DNA of 64,000 nucleotides, taken from an uncultured Gemmatimonadaceae bacterium. GTDB lineage: Bacteria > Gemmatimonadota > Gemmatimonadetes > Gemmatimonadales > Gemmatimonadaceae. Made by a program: the position numbers and the translations under genes. The stretch is from contig CAWFQK010000003.1 of the NCBI GenBank assembly GCA_963817955.1, positions 64,001 to 128,000 on the forward strand, given 5' to 3'. The notes below the pieces were generated by a model. That model worked only from the letters and a program-made list of their open reading frames with translations, was not told the DNA's origin and searched no databases. Shown here piece by piece: positions 39,705 to 49,933 of the stretch (the first letter of the stretch is position 1; the number at the start of each line of letters is the position of its first letter).

Positions 39705-40370
39705 GTGTTCAGCTTCATCACGCTCGTCCAGGGAATTGGACTGGCATACGCGGCCGGACTCAACCTGTACGCGGCAATGGCCGTCACCGGCATTGCCATT
39801 CGTCTGGGCTGGGTGCACAACGTGCCCACGACCATCGAGCCACTGGGTGGCGGCATCATCATCACCCTGGCCGTCCTGCTTTACGCGATCGAATTCGTAG
39901 CAACGCTCATCCCGGGCGTTGCGTCGGCTTGGGAGACCCTGCATAGCCTGATCAGGCCTCCAGCCGCGGCAGTGCTCGCCGCCGCCACAGCGTGGCACGC
40001 AGACCCGGTGATCGTGCTCGTGGCGGCGTTGCTCGGCGGTGGGGTTGCGATCACGACGCACACCACCAAACTCGGGCTTCGGTACGCCATCGACGCGTCT
40101 CCCGAACCGGTGACGAACGCGGTTGTGAACCTCACGGAGCTCGGCTTGGTGAGCGCCGTGGCGATCGCCATTTGGCAACACCCATTCGTCACGCTGGCGG
40201 TGGCATTCGTCGTGCTCGTCGCACTCGTGATGCTCGTGCGTTTCATCTGGCGCGCGCTGGGACAGGTCTTTTCCGGCCGGTGGATGCCCGGCCCCGGTCT
40301 CATGCAGGCGCCACGCGTGATGGAGCACCACCACGGGCACGCGCACTTCCACGAGAACGACAACAGTTAG
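39705..40370 (+). CDS. DUF4126-like membrane protein
   Basis: GLAYAAGLNLYA, IPGV...W..LHSLIRP, SPEPVTN. Confidence 0.8.
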   Translation: MFSFITLVQGIGLAYAAGLNLYAAMAVTGIAIRLGWVHNVPTTIEPLGGGIIITLAVLLYAIEFVATLIPGVASAWETLHSLIRPPAAAVLAAATAWHADPVIVLVAALLGGGVAITTHTTKLGLRYAIDASPEPVTNAVVNLTELGLVSAVAIAIWQHPFVTLAVAFVVLVALVMLVRFIWRALGQVFSGRWMPGPGLMQAPRVMEHHHGHAHFHENDNS

Positions 40371-40388
40371 ACACGGGACACGGGAAAT

Positions 40389-40417
40389 AAAAACGGCGCA
40401 TCTTTCGATGCGCCGTT
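40389..40417 (-). terminator. Terminator of rnpB (probably bidirectional)
   Basis: AACGGCGCATC-TTTC-GATGCGCCGTT with A run on plus strand. Confidence 0.8.
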
Positions 40418-40418
40418 C

Positions 40419-40806
40419 GTCGCGAGTCTATAAGCCGGGTTCTGTGAGACGAATTGCTTCGTCCCGGTGATCATTCCTCTCCGAGCGTAGTCGCCTACGC
40501 TCTCTAGCAGCCTACCCGCAGCGTCTTGGTCGAGGTGGGCACCTCTCGCTGCCTATTTGGCCTTGCTCCCGCTGGGGTTTACCCTGCCGCGGCTGTTGCC
40601 AACCGCGCGGTGAGCTCTTACCTCACCATTTCACCCTTACCGAATCCGAGGATTCGGCGGTGTATTTTCTGTGGCACTTTCCGTCGTCACTCGGCCGAAG
40701 CCGACAACGCCCAGGCGTTACCTGGCAGCGCGCCCAATGGAGCCCGGACTTTCCTCGAGCGGTGTTCCCAAGAGATCACCGATCGCGATCACCCGACTGG
40801 CGACTC
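40419..40806 (-). ncRNA. rnpB: RNase P RNA, class A
   Basis: Minus strand has GAGGAAAGTCCGGGCTCC, GAAAGTGCCACAGAAA, GGTAAACCCC..GAGCAAG, ACAGAACCCGGCTTA. Confidence 0.96.
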
Positions 40807-40925
40807 TCTGAAAGATAGCGTTTCTCCGTGACGCTCGCCTGACGTCCCGCCGATAGGTTGCGCCCGCTTCGAGCCGAGGACGGCTCGATACTGTTGGTTC
40901 CGCTCCCTGGGGGGCAAGCGTTTCC

Positions 40926-41810
40926 ATGCAAATTGATCATGCAGGTGCAAGACAACCGTTGCCAATCGCAACGATGCTCACGCCGCACGAACGTATTCGT
41001 GTCGATGCGGCGGGCGAAGGATCGTATCGCGCATTTCACCGCAGTTCGCTCGCGGAAGTCGTGCAGGACCTCAAATTGAATCGGGCAAGTGCCGTGCTGC
41101 TCTCGGTCACGTGCTGTGATCAGCGGGCCCGGTCGGGGGTTGCCGCGCTCGTGCGCGAGTTTCCACGCGTGCCGACGGTCGCACTCCTCACGCAGATCGA
41201 CCATGCCACGCCGCGCATCGTGTTGTCGCTCGGTTCCACCGGCGTGCGGCAGGTGGTCGACGTCCGTGACGCCGATGGCTGGCGGGAGCTCCGCAACTAC
41301 TTGTTGGCCTCACGCGGCGAAGAGATCCAGCGCCAGGCGCTCGGGGAGCTGGCCCTGGATCTGGGTGGGGTGCCACAGGACTGCTGGCGGTTCTTCGAGG
41401 CGCTGTTTCTCGCCTCGCCGCAGGTCTCCACGGTTCGCATTTTCGCGCGCCGGCTCGACGTGTTGCCGAGCACGTTGATGAGTCGATTCTTTCGCGCGCA
41501 TCTGCCGGCGCCAAAACAATACCTGGCCTGCGCGCGACTGGTGCGTGCCGCCCGGTTGTTCGAGAATCCGGGCTTCTCCGTCGCCAATGTCGCGAACCAT
41601 CTCGACTACTCGTCACCTCAAAGCTTTGGACGACACATCCGTACGATCATGCGCCTCACCGCAGTGCAGTTCCGCGCGCAATACGACGGAGAGGGAATGT
41701 TACAGCACTTCCGTCACTCGCTCGTGCTACCGCACCTCGATCGGCTGCGGCACCTTCGGCCGCTCGATCCGACTTGGGGTGGTGCCTACGGGCAAACGGT
41801 GGTGCAGTAA
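40926..41810 (+). CDS. AraC-type HTH regulator with receiver-like N-terminal domain
   Basis: STLMSRF, SVANVANHLDYSSPQSFGRH double HTH. Confidence 0.8.
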   Translation: MQIDHAGARQPLPIATMLTPHERIRVDAAGEGSYRAFHRSSLAEVVQDLKLNRASAVLLSVTCCDQRARSGVAALVREFPRVPTVALLTQIDHATPRIVLSLGSTGVRQVVDVRDADGWRELRNYLLASRGEEIQRQALGELALDLGGVPQDCWRFFEALFLASPQVSTVRIFARRLDVLPSTLMSRFFRAHLPAPKQYLACARLVRAARLFENPGFSVANVANHLDYSSPQSFGRHIRTIMRLTAVQFRAQYDGEGMLQHFRHSLVLPHLDRLRHLRPLDPTWGGAYGQTVVQ

Positions 41811-41895
41811 GGCCGAAACCGGCTGGCAGGTTTGCTGCATACACAAATGGGTGGCGCGCCGGCCGAACATTGTGCGCCACCCTTACTCGAGCCAA

Positions 41896-42807
41896 ATGGC
41901 CGACGACGCACGGACTTTCGACGACCTCGAGCAATTGCTTCGCGACGCAGCGAATGGCGACGCCGAGCCGACCATTCGCCTGGCGACGACGTCCGCTGCC
42001 ATCGGGGGCGCCGCGGCACGCGCCGGCACCACGATGGACGAGCTGATTGGCGCGTTCGATGTGCGGTTCGGCGCTGTTTTGAACGAGATCACGGCTCGTT
42101 CGGCGTCCGCTGCGTCCATTCCTGACGCGCTCTCCACTGTCCAGTCGTTGCACGGAGCTGGCGCAATGGCACGGCGCGCCATGATCGCCGGCTACGGACA
42201 AGCGGCAAGCGTCGAGGCACGACATCGCGCACGCATCGCGCGCCACGACGTAGCGAACGCCGTTGGAGCGGTCCACAACGCACTGGTCCTTCTCGAGGAC
42301 GAGACCGTGCAGCTGTCGCGCGAACAGATCACGGCAATGGCCAAACGGAATTCGCGCAGCTCGGAGATCCTCATGCGCGGGCACCTCTCCGACCAAGCGG
42401 CGTTGAGCCCAGCCCTCGGTTGGCGCGAGCTTCGACTGCCGACCAACGGCGCGGGCGGCGAGACCACTCACGCCTTGGTGGTCACCAACATCGCGGCGCT
42501 GCACGTCCTGCTCGATGTCCTGCGCGACGCCATCGGTGACGAACGGACGCGATTGGCGCTATCGCTTGGCGAGATAGGGAGGACCTCGGCCGTGGTGCAG
42601 GTGCATGCCGATGGGCGCGCCGCCCGCCCGTGGACCGGCACTGCGCTCGACTCGCTCCAAGGCCTCGCGTCCATGCTGGGGCTCGAGCTTCACCCCGAGC
42701 CCAACGCGGACGGCGTGCGTGTGGTCGTTCCGCTGTCACCCCGGGATGAGCGGAACGATCTCCGACGCGAGCGCGAGCGACACGACGCAGACACCCTCAG
42801 CCTCTAG
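41896..42807 (+). CDS. Hypothetical protein with HisKA-like H-box and degenerate ATPase-like domain
   Basis: ARHDVANAVGAV; no N/G1/G2 boxes seen. Confidence 0.55.
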   Translation: MADDARTFDDLEQLLRDAANGDAEPTIRLATTSAAIGGAAARAGTTMDELIGAFDVRFGAVLNEITARSASAASIPDALSTVQSLHGAGAMARRAMIAGYGQAASVEARHRARIARHDVANAVGAVHNALVLLEDETVQLSREQITAMAKRNSRSSEILMRGHLSDQAALSPALGWRELRLPTNGAGGETTHALVVTNIAALHVLLDVLRDAIGDERTRLALSLGEIGRTSAVVQVHADGRAARPWTGTALDSLQGLASMLGLELHPEPNADGVRVVVPLSPRDERNDLRRERERHDADTLSL

Positions 42808-43293
42808 TGCCTCGCGTCCTCCTTCCTCGCGATCCACCAGCGCCAGGACGCCCACGACAATGCCGCCCGCGGCCCGGACGGCGGAGATCGCCTTTTTCGC
42901 GGATCCTCCGGTGGTGATTGTGTCCTCGATCACAACGACACGGTCGCCCTCGGCGAAAGGTCCCTCGATCAACTTGCCAGTGCCGTGCGTCTTCGGTTCT
43001 TTCCGAACAGTGAAAGCGCGCAGCGGTGTAACACTGGTGGCGCTGGCGTAGCTGATGGCGCAGGCAATGGGGTCGGCGCCCATGGTCAATCCGCCGATCG
43101 AGTCGGCGGTCCACCCCGCGGAATGGATCGCCGTCAATCCGAGCGGACCAATGAGCGCCAGGCCATCAGGGCTCATGGTGGTGATCCGCGCGTCGATGTA
43201 TAGCGAGGACTGTCGTCCCGAGGCTAATGTGAAGATTCCTCGTTTCGCGGAGCGAGTGGCGAGGAGCGCGAGCAGGTCGTGGTTGCGGGTCAT
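42736..43293 (-). CDS. pyrE: Orotate phosphoribosyltransferase
   Basis: FTLASG..S..YID, VRKEPKTHG, VIEDTITTGGS. Confidence 0.95.
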   Translation of the reverse strand: MTRNHDLLALLATRSAKRGIFTLASGRQSSLYIDARITTMSPDGLALIGPLGLTAIHSAGWTADSIGGLTMGADPIACAISYASATSVTPLRAFTVRKEPKTHGTGKLIEGPFAEGDRVVVIEDTITTGGSAKKAISAVRAAGGIVVGVLALVDREEGGREALEAEGVCVVSLALASEIVPLIPG

Positions 43294-43353
43294 GGCGGCG
43301 TAGAAGGAGACGTCGTCGCGAAGAAATAACATCAATCGGTTCTCGAACAGAAT

Positions 43354-44481
43354 ATGGTTCGTTCGTCGCTCGCGCGGATCTTTGCCCACGGGACATTCGC
43401 GCTTCTGACGCTGGCGCTGCTACTCATGATGGGTGGCCTCATCGCCGGTGATCGGGCGTTGGTGCGTCTCGCGGTGCAGGAGGAGCGAGTCCACGATGTG
43501 CGCGTTCGTGACCTGCGGATTGCGTTTTGGGGCATGAGCATGAGCGCCGTGGTGCTGATCGCCATTGCCGTGATTCGCGAACGGCGTCAGGCCTCGCGGA
43601 TCGCGGGCCGATCGGCGGAGTTGGAGCGCCTGTACAGCGAGGTGGCGCGGGCGAATACCGCGAAGAGCGAGTTTCTGGCGAACATTTCGCATGAGCTGCG
43701 CACCCCGCTCAATGCAATCGTCGGTTTTGTGGAGCTGTTGAAGGACGGCGTGTACGGCGACCTGAGTCCGCGGCAGGGTCCGCCGGTGGACCGGATCGCC
43801 GCGTCGGCGACCCATCTGCGGCATCTGGTCGATCAGGTGCTCGATATCGCGAAGATCGCGGCTGGCCGCCTCGAGGTGCATCCGGAGACGCTGGCACTGC
43901 GGTCGTTCGTGCTGAACGTCGCGAGCGAGCTCGAACCGCTGGTCAACGAACGTGGGCTCAGCTTGTCGATCTCCATCGGTGCATCGCTGCCGCGCGTGCG
44001 CACCGACCCGACGCATCTGCGGCAGATCCTCGTGAATTTGATCGGCAATGCGGTGAAGTACACGCAGAGTGGCGGCATTGCCGTCCGGGCGCGGCTCGTC
44101 GGCGCCCCACTGCCCGGCATGCCGCCGCACCGCGAGACGCCGGAGGATCCGGCGCTCTCCGCCCAATCGCCCGATCCGCGGCGCACGTGGGTGGCGCTGC
44201 AGGTGGTGGACACAGGCCTCGGCATCGCGCCGGCGGACCAAGCCCGAATTTTTGACGAGTTCGAGCAGGTGAATGCCGGTCCGCGTGGCGAGTCGATGCA
44301 GCGCGGCACGGGATTGGGTCTCGCGATCTCGCGCCGGCTCGCCGTGCTCCTCGACGGCGACATTCGCGTCGACAGCCAGGTGGGCAAGGGCTCCACGTTC
44401 ACCCTCTGGCTCCCGGTGCAGCCGCCGGATCTCGATCCAAGCGCGACACCGAGCCAGGGCCACGTGAAAGCTGCCGTGTAG
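43354..44481 (+). CDS. Membrane sensor histidine kinase
   Basis: SHELRTPLN, NLIGNAVKYT, DTGLGI, GTGLGL, GKGSTF. Confidence 0.94.
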   Translation: MVRSSLARIFAHGTFALLTLALLLMMGGLIAGDRALVRLAVQEERVHDVRVRDLRIAFWGMSMSAVVLIAIAVIRERRQASRIAGRSAELERLYSEVARANTAKSEFLANISHELRTPLNAIVGFVELLKDGVYGDLSPRQGPPVDRIAASATHLRHLVDQVLDIAKIAAGRLEVHPETLALRSFVLNVASELEPLVNERGLSLSISIGASLPRVRTDPTHLRQILVNLIGNAVKYTQSGGIAVRARLVGAPLPGMPPHRETPEDPALSAQSPDPRRTWVALQVVDTGLGIAPADQARIFDEFEQVNAGPRGESMQRGTGLGLAISRRLAVLLDGDIRVDSQVGKGSTFTLWLPVQPPDLDPSATPSQGHVKAAV

Positions 44482-44482
44482 G

Positions 44483-45400
44483 TCAGCTCTTCTTGGAGCG
44501 TCCGAAGAGGGAAGCGATCTTCGCTCCGAACCCTGCTCTTGCCACGTCGTCCGGCTTGTCGGCGGCGTCCCGGAAGTCCTCGGCGAAGGCGAGCACGTCG
44601 GGATAACGCTTTCCCGGCTCCTTGCTCAGCGCGCGCATCAACACGGCCTCGACAGCGGGCGAAAAACGCAGGCCCGGCTTGGCTTGGTTGAGCGGAATTG
44701 GTGGTTGCGACAGCAACTGCGAGAACATCTCACGCGGGGTTTTCGCGGGAAACGGCAGGGAGCCGGTGAGCAGGAAATACGCGATCGTCGCCAGGCTGTA
44801 CTGATCGGCGAGCGGACCAACCAGTTCGCCGGACAGGGCCTCAGGTGCGACGTACATCAAGGTGCCGACAAAAAACCCAGCGCGCGTGAGCCGTTGTTCG
44901 GGCGCGAGATCCGTGTCGGTGGCGATGCCAAAATCGAGCAATTTCACCTGACGCGTGGCCGGATCGTACATGACGTTGTCCGGCTTGAGATCGCGATGGA
45001 CGATGCCGACGGCGTGAGCGGCGTGCACCGCGTCAGCGATCTGACTGACGATCGCGCACACCTCGTCGAGCGGCAACGGCCCTTGCTTCTTGGCGTACTT
45101 CTCGAGGATCTCGCCAGCGGCCCACTCAATGGCGAGAAAGTGCATGCCGGGGCCGGCCTCGCCGATCTCAATCGTGCGAACCACGTTGGGGTGCTGCACG
45201 CGTTCGCCATACCGCGCTTCGCGGAGAAAGCGCGCGACCGCGGTGCGGTCTTGTCGCAGCTTTTCGCGTAACACCTTCACGGCAACGGTGCCGTGTTGGG
45301 GGTGATCGGCGCGGAAGACGGCGGAGGTTCCGCCCTCTCCCACTTCGCTTTGCAGCGTATATCCGGCGATCGTCTGTCCGACGAGATTTTCGCGTGGCAC
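44483..45400 (-). CDS. Hanks-type Ser/Thr protein kinase
   Basis: GEGG, VAVK, HRDLKPDN, DFG, APE. Confidence 0.95.
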   Translation of the reverse strand: MPRENLVGQTIAGYTLQSEVGEGGTSAVFRADHPQHGTVAVKVLREKLRQDRTAVARFLREARYGERVQHPNVVRTIEIGEAGPGMHFLAIEWAAGEILEKYAKKQGPLPLDEVCAIVSQIADAVHAAHAVGIVHRDLKPDNVMYDPATRQVKLLDFGIATDTDLAPEQRLTRAGFFVGTLMYVAPEALSGELVGPLADQYSLATIAYFLLTGSLPFPAKTPREMFSQLLSQPPIPLNQAKPGLRFSPAVEAVLMRALSKEPGKRYPDVLAFAEDFRDAADKPDDVARAGFGAKIASLFGRSKKS

Positions 45401-45585
45401 GCGCCGAACCTAACTGCCGCCGAGAGGCGAAGCAAGCGAACGGCGCGTCTCGGATACGCGCTGGATGCAGAGTGTTGTCAGGGAATCCGCGATTGCAACC
45501 GGGACGTGAAAGGCCTGGTCGTTTCGCGTACGTAAATCAGTGTCCTGATTGTTGATACCGGAACTACGAGCCCGTCTGGCCTTGC

Positions 45586-45614
45586 TTGACAATTTCGCAA
45601 CCTGTTCCTATATA
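45586..45614 (+). promoter_or_regulatory. Sigma70 promoter of the cold-shock gene
   Basis: TTGACA-17 nt-TATATA. Confidence 0.7.
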
Positions 45615-45686
45615 GGGCCGCGCAAGCTCGGCGGCTTGTCCAGCACTGCAATGCACCCTCGATTCACCTTGCAGGAGGCAGCGCGA

Positions 45687-45890
45687 ATGGCCAGAGGGAA
45701 GGTGAAATGGTTCAACGACGCCAAGGGGTACGGCTTCCTTGAACAGGACAGCGGTGAAGACGTATTCGTACACTTCTCCGCGATCAGCATGGAAGGGTTC
45801 AAAACGCTCGCCGAAGGTCAAGAAGTGGAGTTCGAGATCAAGACTGGCGAGAAAGGGCTCCATGCCGCGAACGTGACCCGGGTGGTCTGA
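45687..45890 (+). CDS. Cold-shock protein (CspA family)
   Basis: [30 protein letters not shown]. Confidence 0.96.
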   Translation: MARGKVKWFNDAKGYGFLEQDSGEDVFVHFSAISMEGFKTLAEGQEVEFEIKTGEKGLHAANVTRVV

Positions 45891-46031
45891 CACCCGCCTC
45901 CACGAAGCGAGCTCCCCTGCACCCGCCCACCCCCATGGCGGGCGGTGCTGTTTTCGCGATGGGGAGATGGGGGCGGCGAATCAGAGGGTTGAGGGTTGAC
46001 CGTGTGCGGTGGAGCTTTCGGCATGGGCACA

Positions 46032-49007
46032 ATGCCCATCGCCAAACGTCCATCGCCTATCGCATTGTCCTCGCCCGTCGCTCTTCCTCCGTCTCCCCGG
46101 CTGTTCCTCGTCGACGGATACGCGCTCATCTATCGCGCGTTCTTCGCGCTCATCTCGCGTCCGCTCACCACGAGTCGTGGCGAGAATACGTCTGCCGCGT
46201 GGGGCATCGTCAACTTCCTGCAGCGACTGACACAGGCGCACAAGCCCGACTATCTCGGCTGGGTGCATGACTCCGGGCTGTCGTTCCGCCACGAGCGCTA
46301 CCCAGCGTACAAGGCCACGCGCGAGAAGCTCACCGAAGAGCTGCAGTCGGATTTCGATCGCGGCATGGAGCGGATCTGCGACGTCCTGGACGCGCACCAC
46401 ATTCCAATTCTCGCATTGCCGGGCTACGAAGCAGACGACGTGATCGGCACCCTCGCGCGCCAGGGCGTCGAGGCCGGCGTCAATGTGATCATCGTGTCGG
46501 GCGACAAGGATTTCCAGCAACTCGTCCGCCCGGGTATCTGGCTGCTCAATCCCGGCCGCGGAGGACCGGCGAGCGTCGAAGAGCAGTGGGTTGGCGTCGA
46601 GAATGGCAGTGAACGACTGGGTGTGCCGCCGGCGCTCGTGACGGACTATCTGTCGCTGCTCGGCGACTCGTCGGACAATGTGCCAGGCGTCAAAGGCATT
46701 GGCGAGAAGACGGCGCAGGAGCTGGTGAACTCTTTTGGCAACATCGAGAACATTCTCGCGCACGCAGCGGAGCTCACCAAGAAACGTCCGCGCGAGGCGC
46801 TGCTTGCCCAGAGCGACATGGCGCTCCTGTCAAAGGAGCTGGTTACCATCCGCGAAGATCTGCCGGTGACGCTCGACCTCGAGGCCATGCGCCTGTCGCC
46901 GCCCGACTACAATCGCCTGCGTGGGCTGTATGTCGAGCTCGAGTTCCATACACTTGCCAAGAATGCCGCTGCGGCTGCCCTCGCCGTCGCCCCGCCGGCC
47001 GCGGTCGATGCAATCGAGGTCGCCGCGGCCACGGCGCCGCACGCAACTCACTATGTCACGATCGACACGGTGGCGGCACTCCAGGAGGCAGTTGCGCGGG
47101 CACGGCGTGCACCACATATCGCCGTCGATACTGAAACGGTCATCGACTCCACGGCGCCACAGGCGGTGGATCCGCTGCGCTCGGAACTCGTCGGCGTCAC
47201 CATCGCGGTCGCACCGGGCGAGGCGTACTACTTTCCCCTCGCGCACCGTCATCGGGCCGATAGCCAGGTCGATCTCGGATTGGGCCACGCGCCGCCAACA
47301 GAACCGGCGAAGCCGACACGCGCGAAGAAGACGGTTCAGCCGTCGAGCATCGCTGCGCTCGCGTTGACGCGCGGGGATCAGCAGGTGACGAACCTGCCGC
47401 CCATCGATAGCGCGGAGACCGCGCCACTCAAGGCGCTGCTCGAGGATCCCGCCGTGAAGAAGACTGCCCAGAACGCCAAGTACGACATGCTGGCGCTTCG
47501 GGTGGCCGGCGTCACGCTGCGCGGTCTGGATTTCGATACGATGATCGCCAGCTACGTCCTCGATCCTGGCCGCCGTTCACACGGACTCGATCTGCTCGCG
47601 CTCGAATTCCTCAACCACAAGATGACGTCGTTCGAGGAGCTGTGTGGCAAGGGGAAGGACATGGTGCCGTTCGATCAGGTGCCGATTGCGTGCGCGCGGG
47701 ACTATTCGTGCGAAGACGCCGACATGACCTGGCAGCTCCGCGCGTTGTTCGAACCGCAGCTCGATGCGCTCCAACTCACGCCCTTGTTCCGCGATGTCGA
47801 GATGCCGCTCGTCGAGGTCCTCGCCGAGATGGAATGGAACGGAATCACGATCAACACCGAGTGGTTCACCGTACTCAAGGAGCGGTTCGAGCGCGAACGC
47901 AAACGCGTCGAGCAGGAGATCTACGTCACCGCCGGCGAGGAGTTCAACATCAACTCCAATCCGCAGCTTCGCGAAATCCTGTTCGACAAGCTGAAGCTGC
48001 CCATGTTGAAGAAGACGGCAACCGGAGCCTCCACCGACGCGAGCGTCCTACAGCAGCTCGCGGACGAGGGACATCCGCTTCCCGTGCTCCTCATGGAGTA
48101 TCGCGAGCTGTCGAAGCTCGAGAGTACGTACATCGACGCGCTGCCATCGTACGTCCATCCGAAAACGGGGCGCGTGCACACGTCGTTCAGCCAGACCGTC
48201 GCCGCCACGGGACGTCTGTCGTCGAGCGAACCGAATCTCCAGAACATTCCCATTCGTCGCGAGCTCGGGCGCGATATCCGCCGCGGGTTCGTTGCGCGGA
48301 ACGGTTGGATGCTCCTCGCCGCCGACTATTCGCAGATCGAGCTCCGGTTGCTCGCCCACCTCTCGGGCGACCCGGCGTTCGTGCAGGCCTTTCAGTCGGG
48401 CGGTGACATTCATCGCCAAACGGCGGCCCTCATCTTTGACGTTCCGCTGGACCTGGTGTCAAAGGAGATGCGCGGTCGCGCCAAGACGATCAACTTTGCC
48501 ACGATCTACGGGCAGGGACCGCACGCGCTGTCGAGACAGCTCAAGATCAGCCACGCCGAGGCGAAGGAGTTCATCGAGCGATACTTTCAGCGCTTCCACC
48601 GCGTGCGCGAGTATCTCGATTCCATGGTGGAGTTCGCGCGCGAGCACGGGTACGTGCAGACCATCTTCAACCGCCGTCGCTACATACCCGAGCTGCGCGA
48701 TCGCAACTTCAATATTCGAGCGTTCGGTGAACGGACGGCGGCAAATTCGCCTATCCAGGGGTCGGCGGCCGACCTGATCAAGGTTGCCATGATTCACATT
48801 CACGACGCGCTCGCGGAGCGCAGGCTGACCACCCGGATGCTGCTCCAGGTGCATGACGAACTGGTGTTCGACGTGCCGCGCCCCGAGCTCGACGAAGTGA
48901 CGGCGTTGGTGAAGCACGAGATGGAACACGCGACCACGCTTGCTGTGCCGCTCGTGGTGGACATCGGTGTTGGAGAAAACTGGCTCGCCACGAAGATGGA
49001 TGGGTGA
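46032..49007 (+). CDS. polA: DNA polymerase I (start uncertain)
   Basis: LVDG, EADD, GDSSDN, DTET, TGRLSS.EPNLQNIP, DYSQIELR, QVHDEL. Confidence 0.97.
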   Translation: MPIAKRPSPIALSSPVALPPSPRLFLVDGYALIYRAFFALISRPLTTSRGENTSAAWGIVNFLQRLTQAHKPDYLGWVHDSGLSFRHERYPAYKATREKLTEELQSDFDRGMERICDVLDAHHIPILALPGYEADDVIGTLARQGVEAGVNVIIVSGDKDFQQLVRPGIWLLNPGRGGPASVEEQWVGVENGSERLGVPPALVTDYLSLLGDSSDNVPGVKGIGEKTAQELVNSFGNIENILAHAAELTKKRPREALLAQSDMALLSKELVTIREDLPVTLDLEAMRLSPPDYNRLRGLYVELEFHTLAKNAAAAALAVAPPAAVDAIEVAAATAPHATHYVTIDTVAALQEAVARARRAPHIAVDTETVIDSTAPQAVDPLRSELVGVTIAVAPGEAYYFPLAHRHRADSQVDLGLGHAPPTEPAKPTRAKKTVQPSSIAALALTRGDQQVTNLPPIDSAETAPLKALLEDPAVKKTAQNAKYDMLALRVAGVTLRGLDFDTMIASYVLDPGRRSHGLDLLALEFLNHKMTSFEELCGKGKDMVPFDQVPIACARDYSCEDADMTWQLRALFEPQLDALQLTPLFRDVEMPLVEVLAEMEWNGITINTEWFTVLKERFERERKRVEQEIYVTAGEEFNINSNPQLREILFDKLKLPMLKKTATGASTDASVLQQLADEGHPLPVLLMEYRELSKLESTYIDALPSYVHPKTGRVHTSFSQTVAATGRLSSSEPNLQNIPIRRELGRDIRRGFVARNGWMLLAADYSQIELRLLAHLSGDPAFVQAFQSGGDIHRQTAALIFDVPLDLVSKEMRGRAKTINFATIYGQGPHALSRQLKISHAEAKEFIERYFQRFHRVREYLDSMVEFAREHGYVQTIFNRRRYIPELRDRNFNIRAFGERTAANSPIQGSAADLIKVAMIHIHDALAERRLTTRMLLQVHDELVFDVPRPELDEVTALVKHEMEHATTLAVPLVVDIGVGENWLATKMDG

Positions 49008-49251
49008 TCATCGGTCATTTCGTCTTCGCCGCACCTTGCGAGGTCTTTCGCAAATCGACGTGGTCCAAGGGCGTCGACCACGGCGCTGTGCTGGCTTTGT
49101 TTGCCACTAAGTAGTTGTCCCTACGCAGGTTGTGCGATTGGCCAAAGCCCGGCCCCTGCTTTGCCTTATTGCTAAGCCTCAGCAAAGGACGACATCGTCC
49201 AAGATGACCGAACCCCCCTCGGGTTCCATCCCTCCAACCGGTTGCCCAGCC

Positions 49252-49635
49252 ATGCATCCCTTCCGACGCGGCTTCACGCTCATCGAGCTGTTGATCGTCG
49301 TCGTGATCATTGGGGTTCTTGCGGCCATCGCCATTCCGAAATTTGCGAGCACCAAGGGCAAGGCATACTTCGCCGGCATGAAGAGCGACTTGCACAACCT
49401 CACGACCTCCGAGGAGTCGTTCTTCTACGATCACGCGGTGTACAGTCTCTCGATCGATTCCCTTCAGATGAGTACGTCGCACGGCGACGTCGTGACGATT
49501 GTCGAAGCGTCACCCGTCGGTTGGTCGGCAACCGCGACCAATCCGGAATCGTATCCGCATTTCTGCGCGATGTTCATGGGATCTGCGGCCGCCATTGCGC
49601 CCGCCACGGCGGCCGGAGTCGTGGCCTGTCAGTGA
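49252..49635 (+). CDS. Type IV pilin-like prepilin
   Basis: RRG|FTLIELLIVVVIIGVLAAIAIP, C-terminal Cys pair. Confidence 0.93.
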   Translation: MHPFRRGFTLIELLIVVVIIGVLAAIAIPKFASTKGKAYFAGMKSDLHNLTTSEESFFYDHAVYSLSIDSLQMSTSHGDVVTIVEASPVGWSATATNPESYPHFCAMFMGSAAAIAPATAAGVVACQ

Positions 49636-49648
49636 CGCTGGCGCGCCC

Positions 49649-49933
49649 ATGACGTGCGGACCACTGACGCTCAGAGAATTCGAAAAACGGCGCGACGGGA
49701 TGATTCACGCCATGGATGGCGGGCTCTGGCTGCACTTCCACACGTGGAAAGGTCGGCCCATGGCGCACCTCGTATCGACCAACAAACAGCTGCTGCTCGA
49801 CTACGGCGCCATAGTTGGCGTTCCCGCCGAGCGCCTGCAGTACAAGCCGCTCAAGGATCCGCGCACCGGCATTCGCCGCGCCGCGTGGCACTGGGACCTC
49901 GGCGGCCCCTTTCTGCCGCCGCGGCGAGCATAA
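49649..49933 (+). CDS. Small hypothetical protein (DUF4031-like)
   Basis: AHLVS...L...G..VG.....LQ...HWDL pattern. Confidence 0.6.
   Translation: MTCGPLTLREFEKRRDGMIHAMDGGLWLHFHTWKGRPMAHLVSTNKQLLLDYGAIVGVPAERLQYKPLKDPRTGIRRAAWHWDLGGPFLPPRRA

Noticed and set aside
49010..49130. c-di-GMP-I riboswitch upstream of the pilin
   Set aside because: CGCAAA...GGTCCAAGG is suggestive, but the GGCAAA/GNRA stem and closing pairing were not found; only generic hairpins
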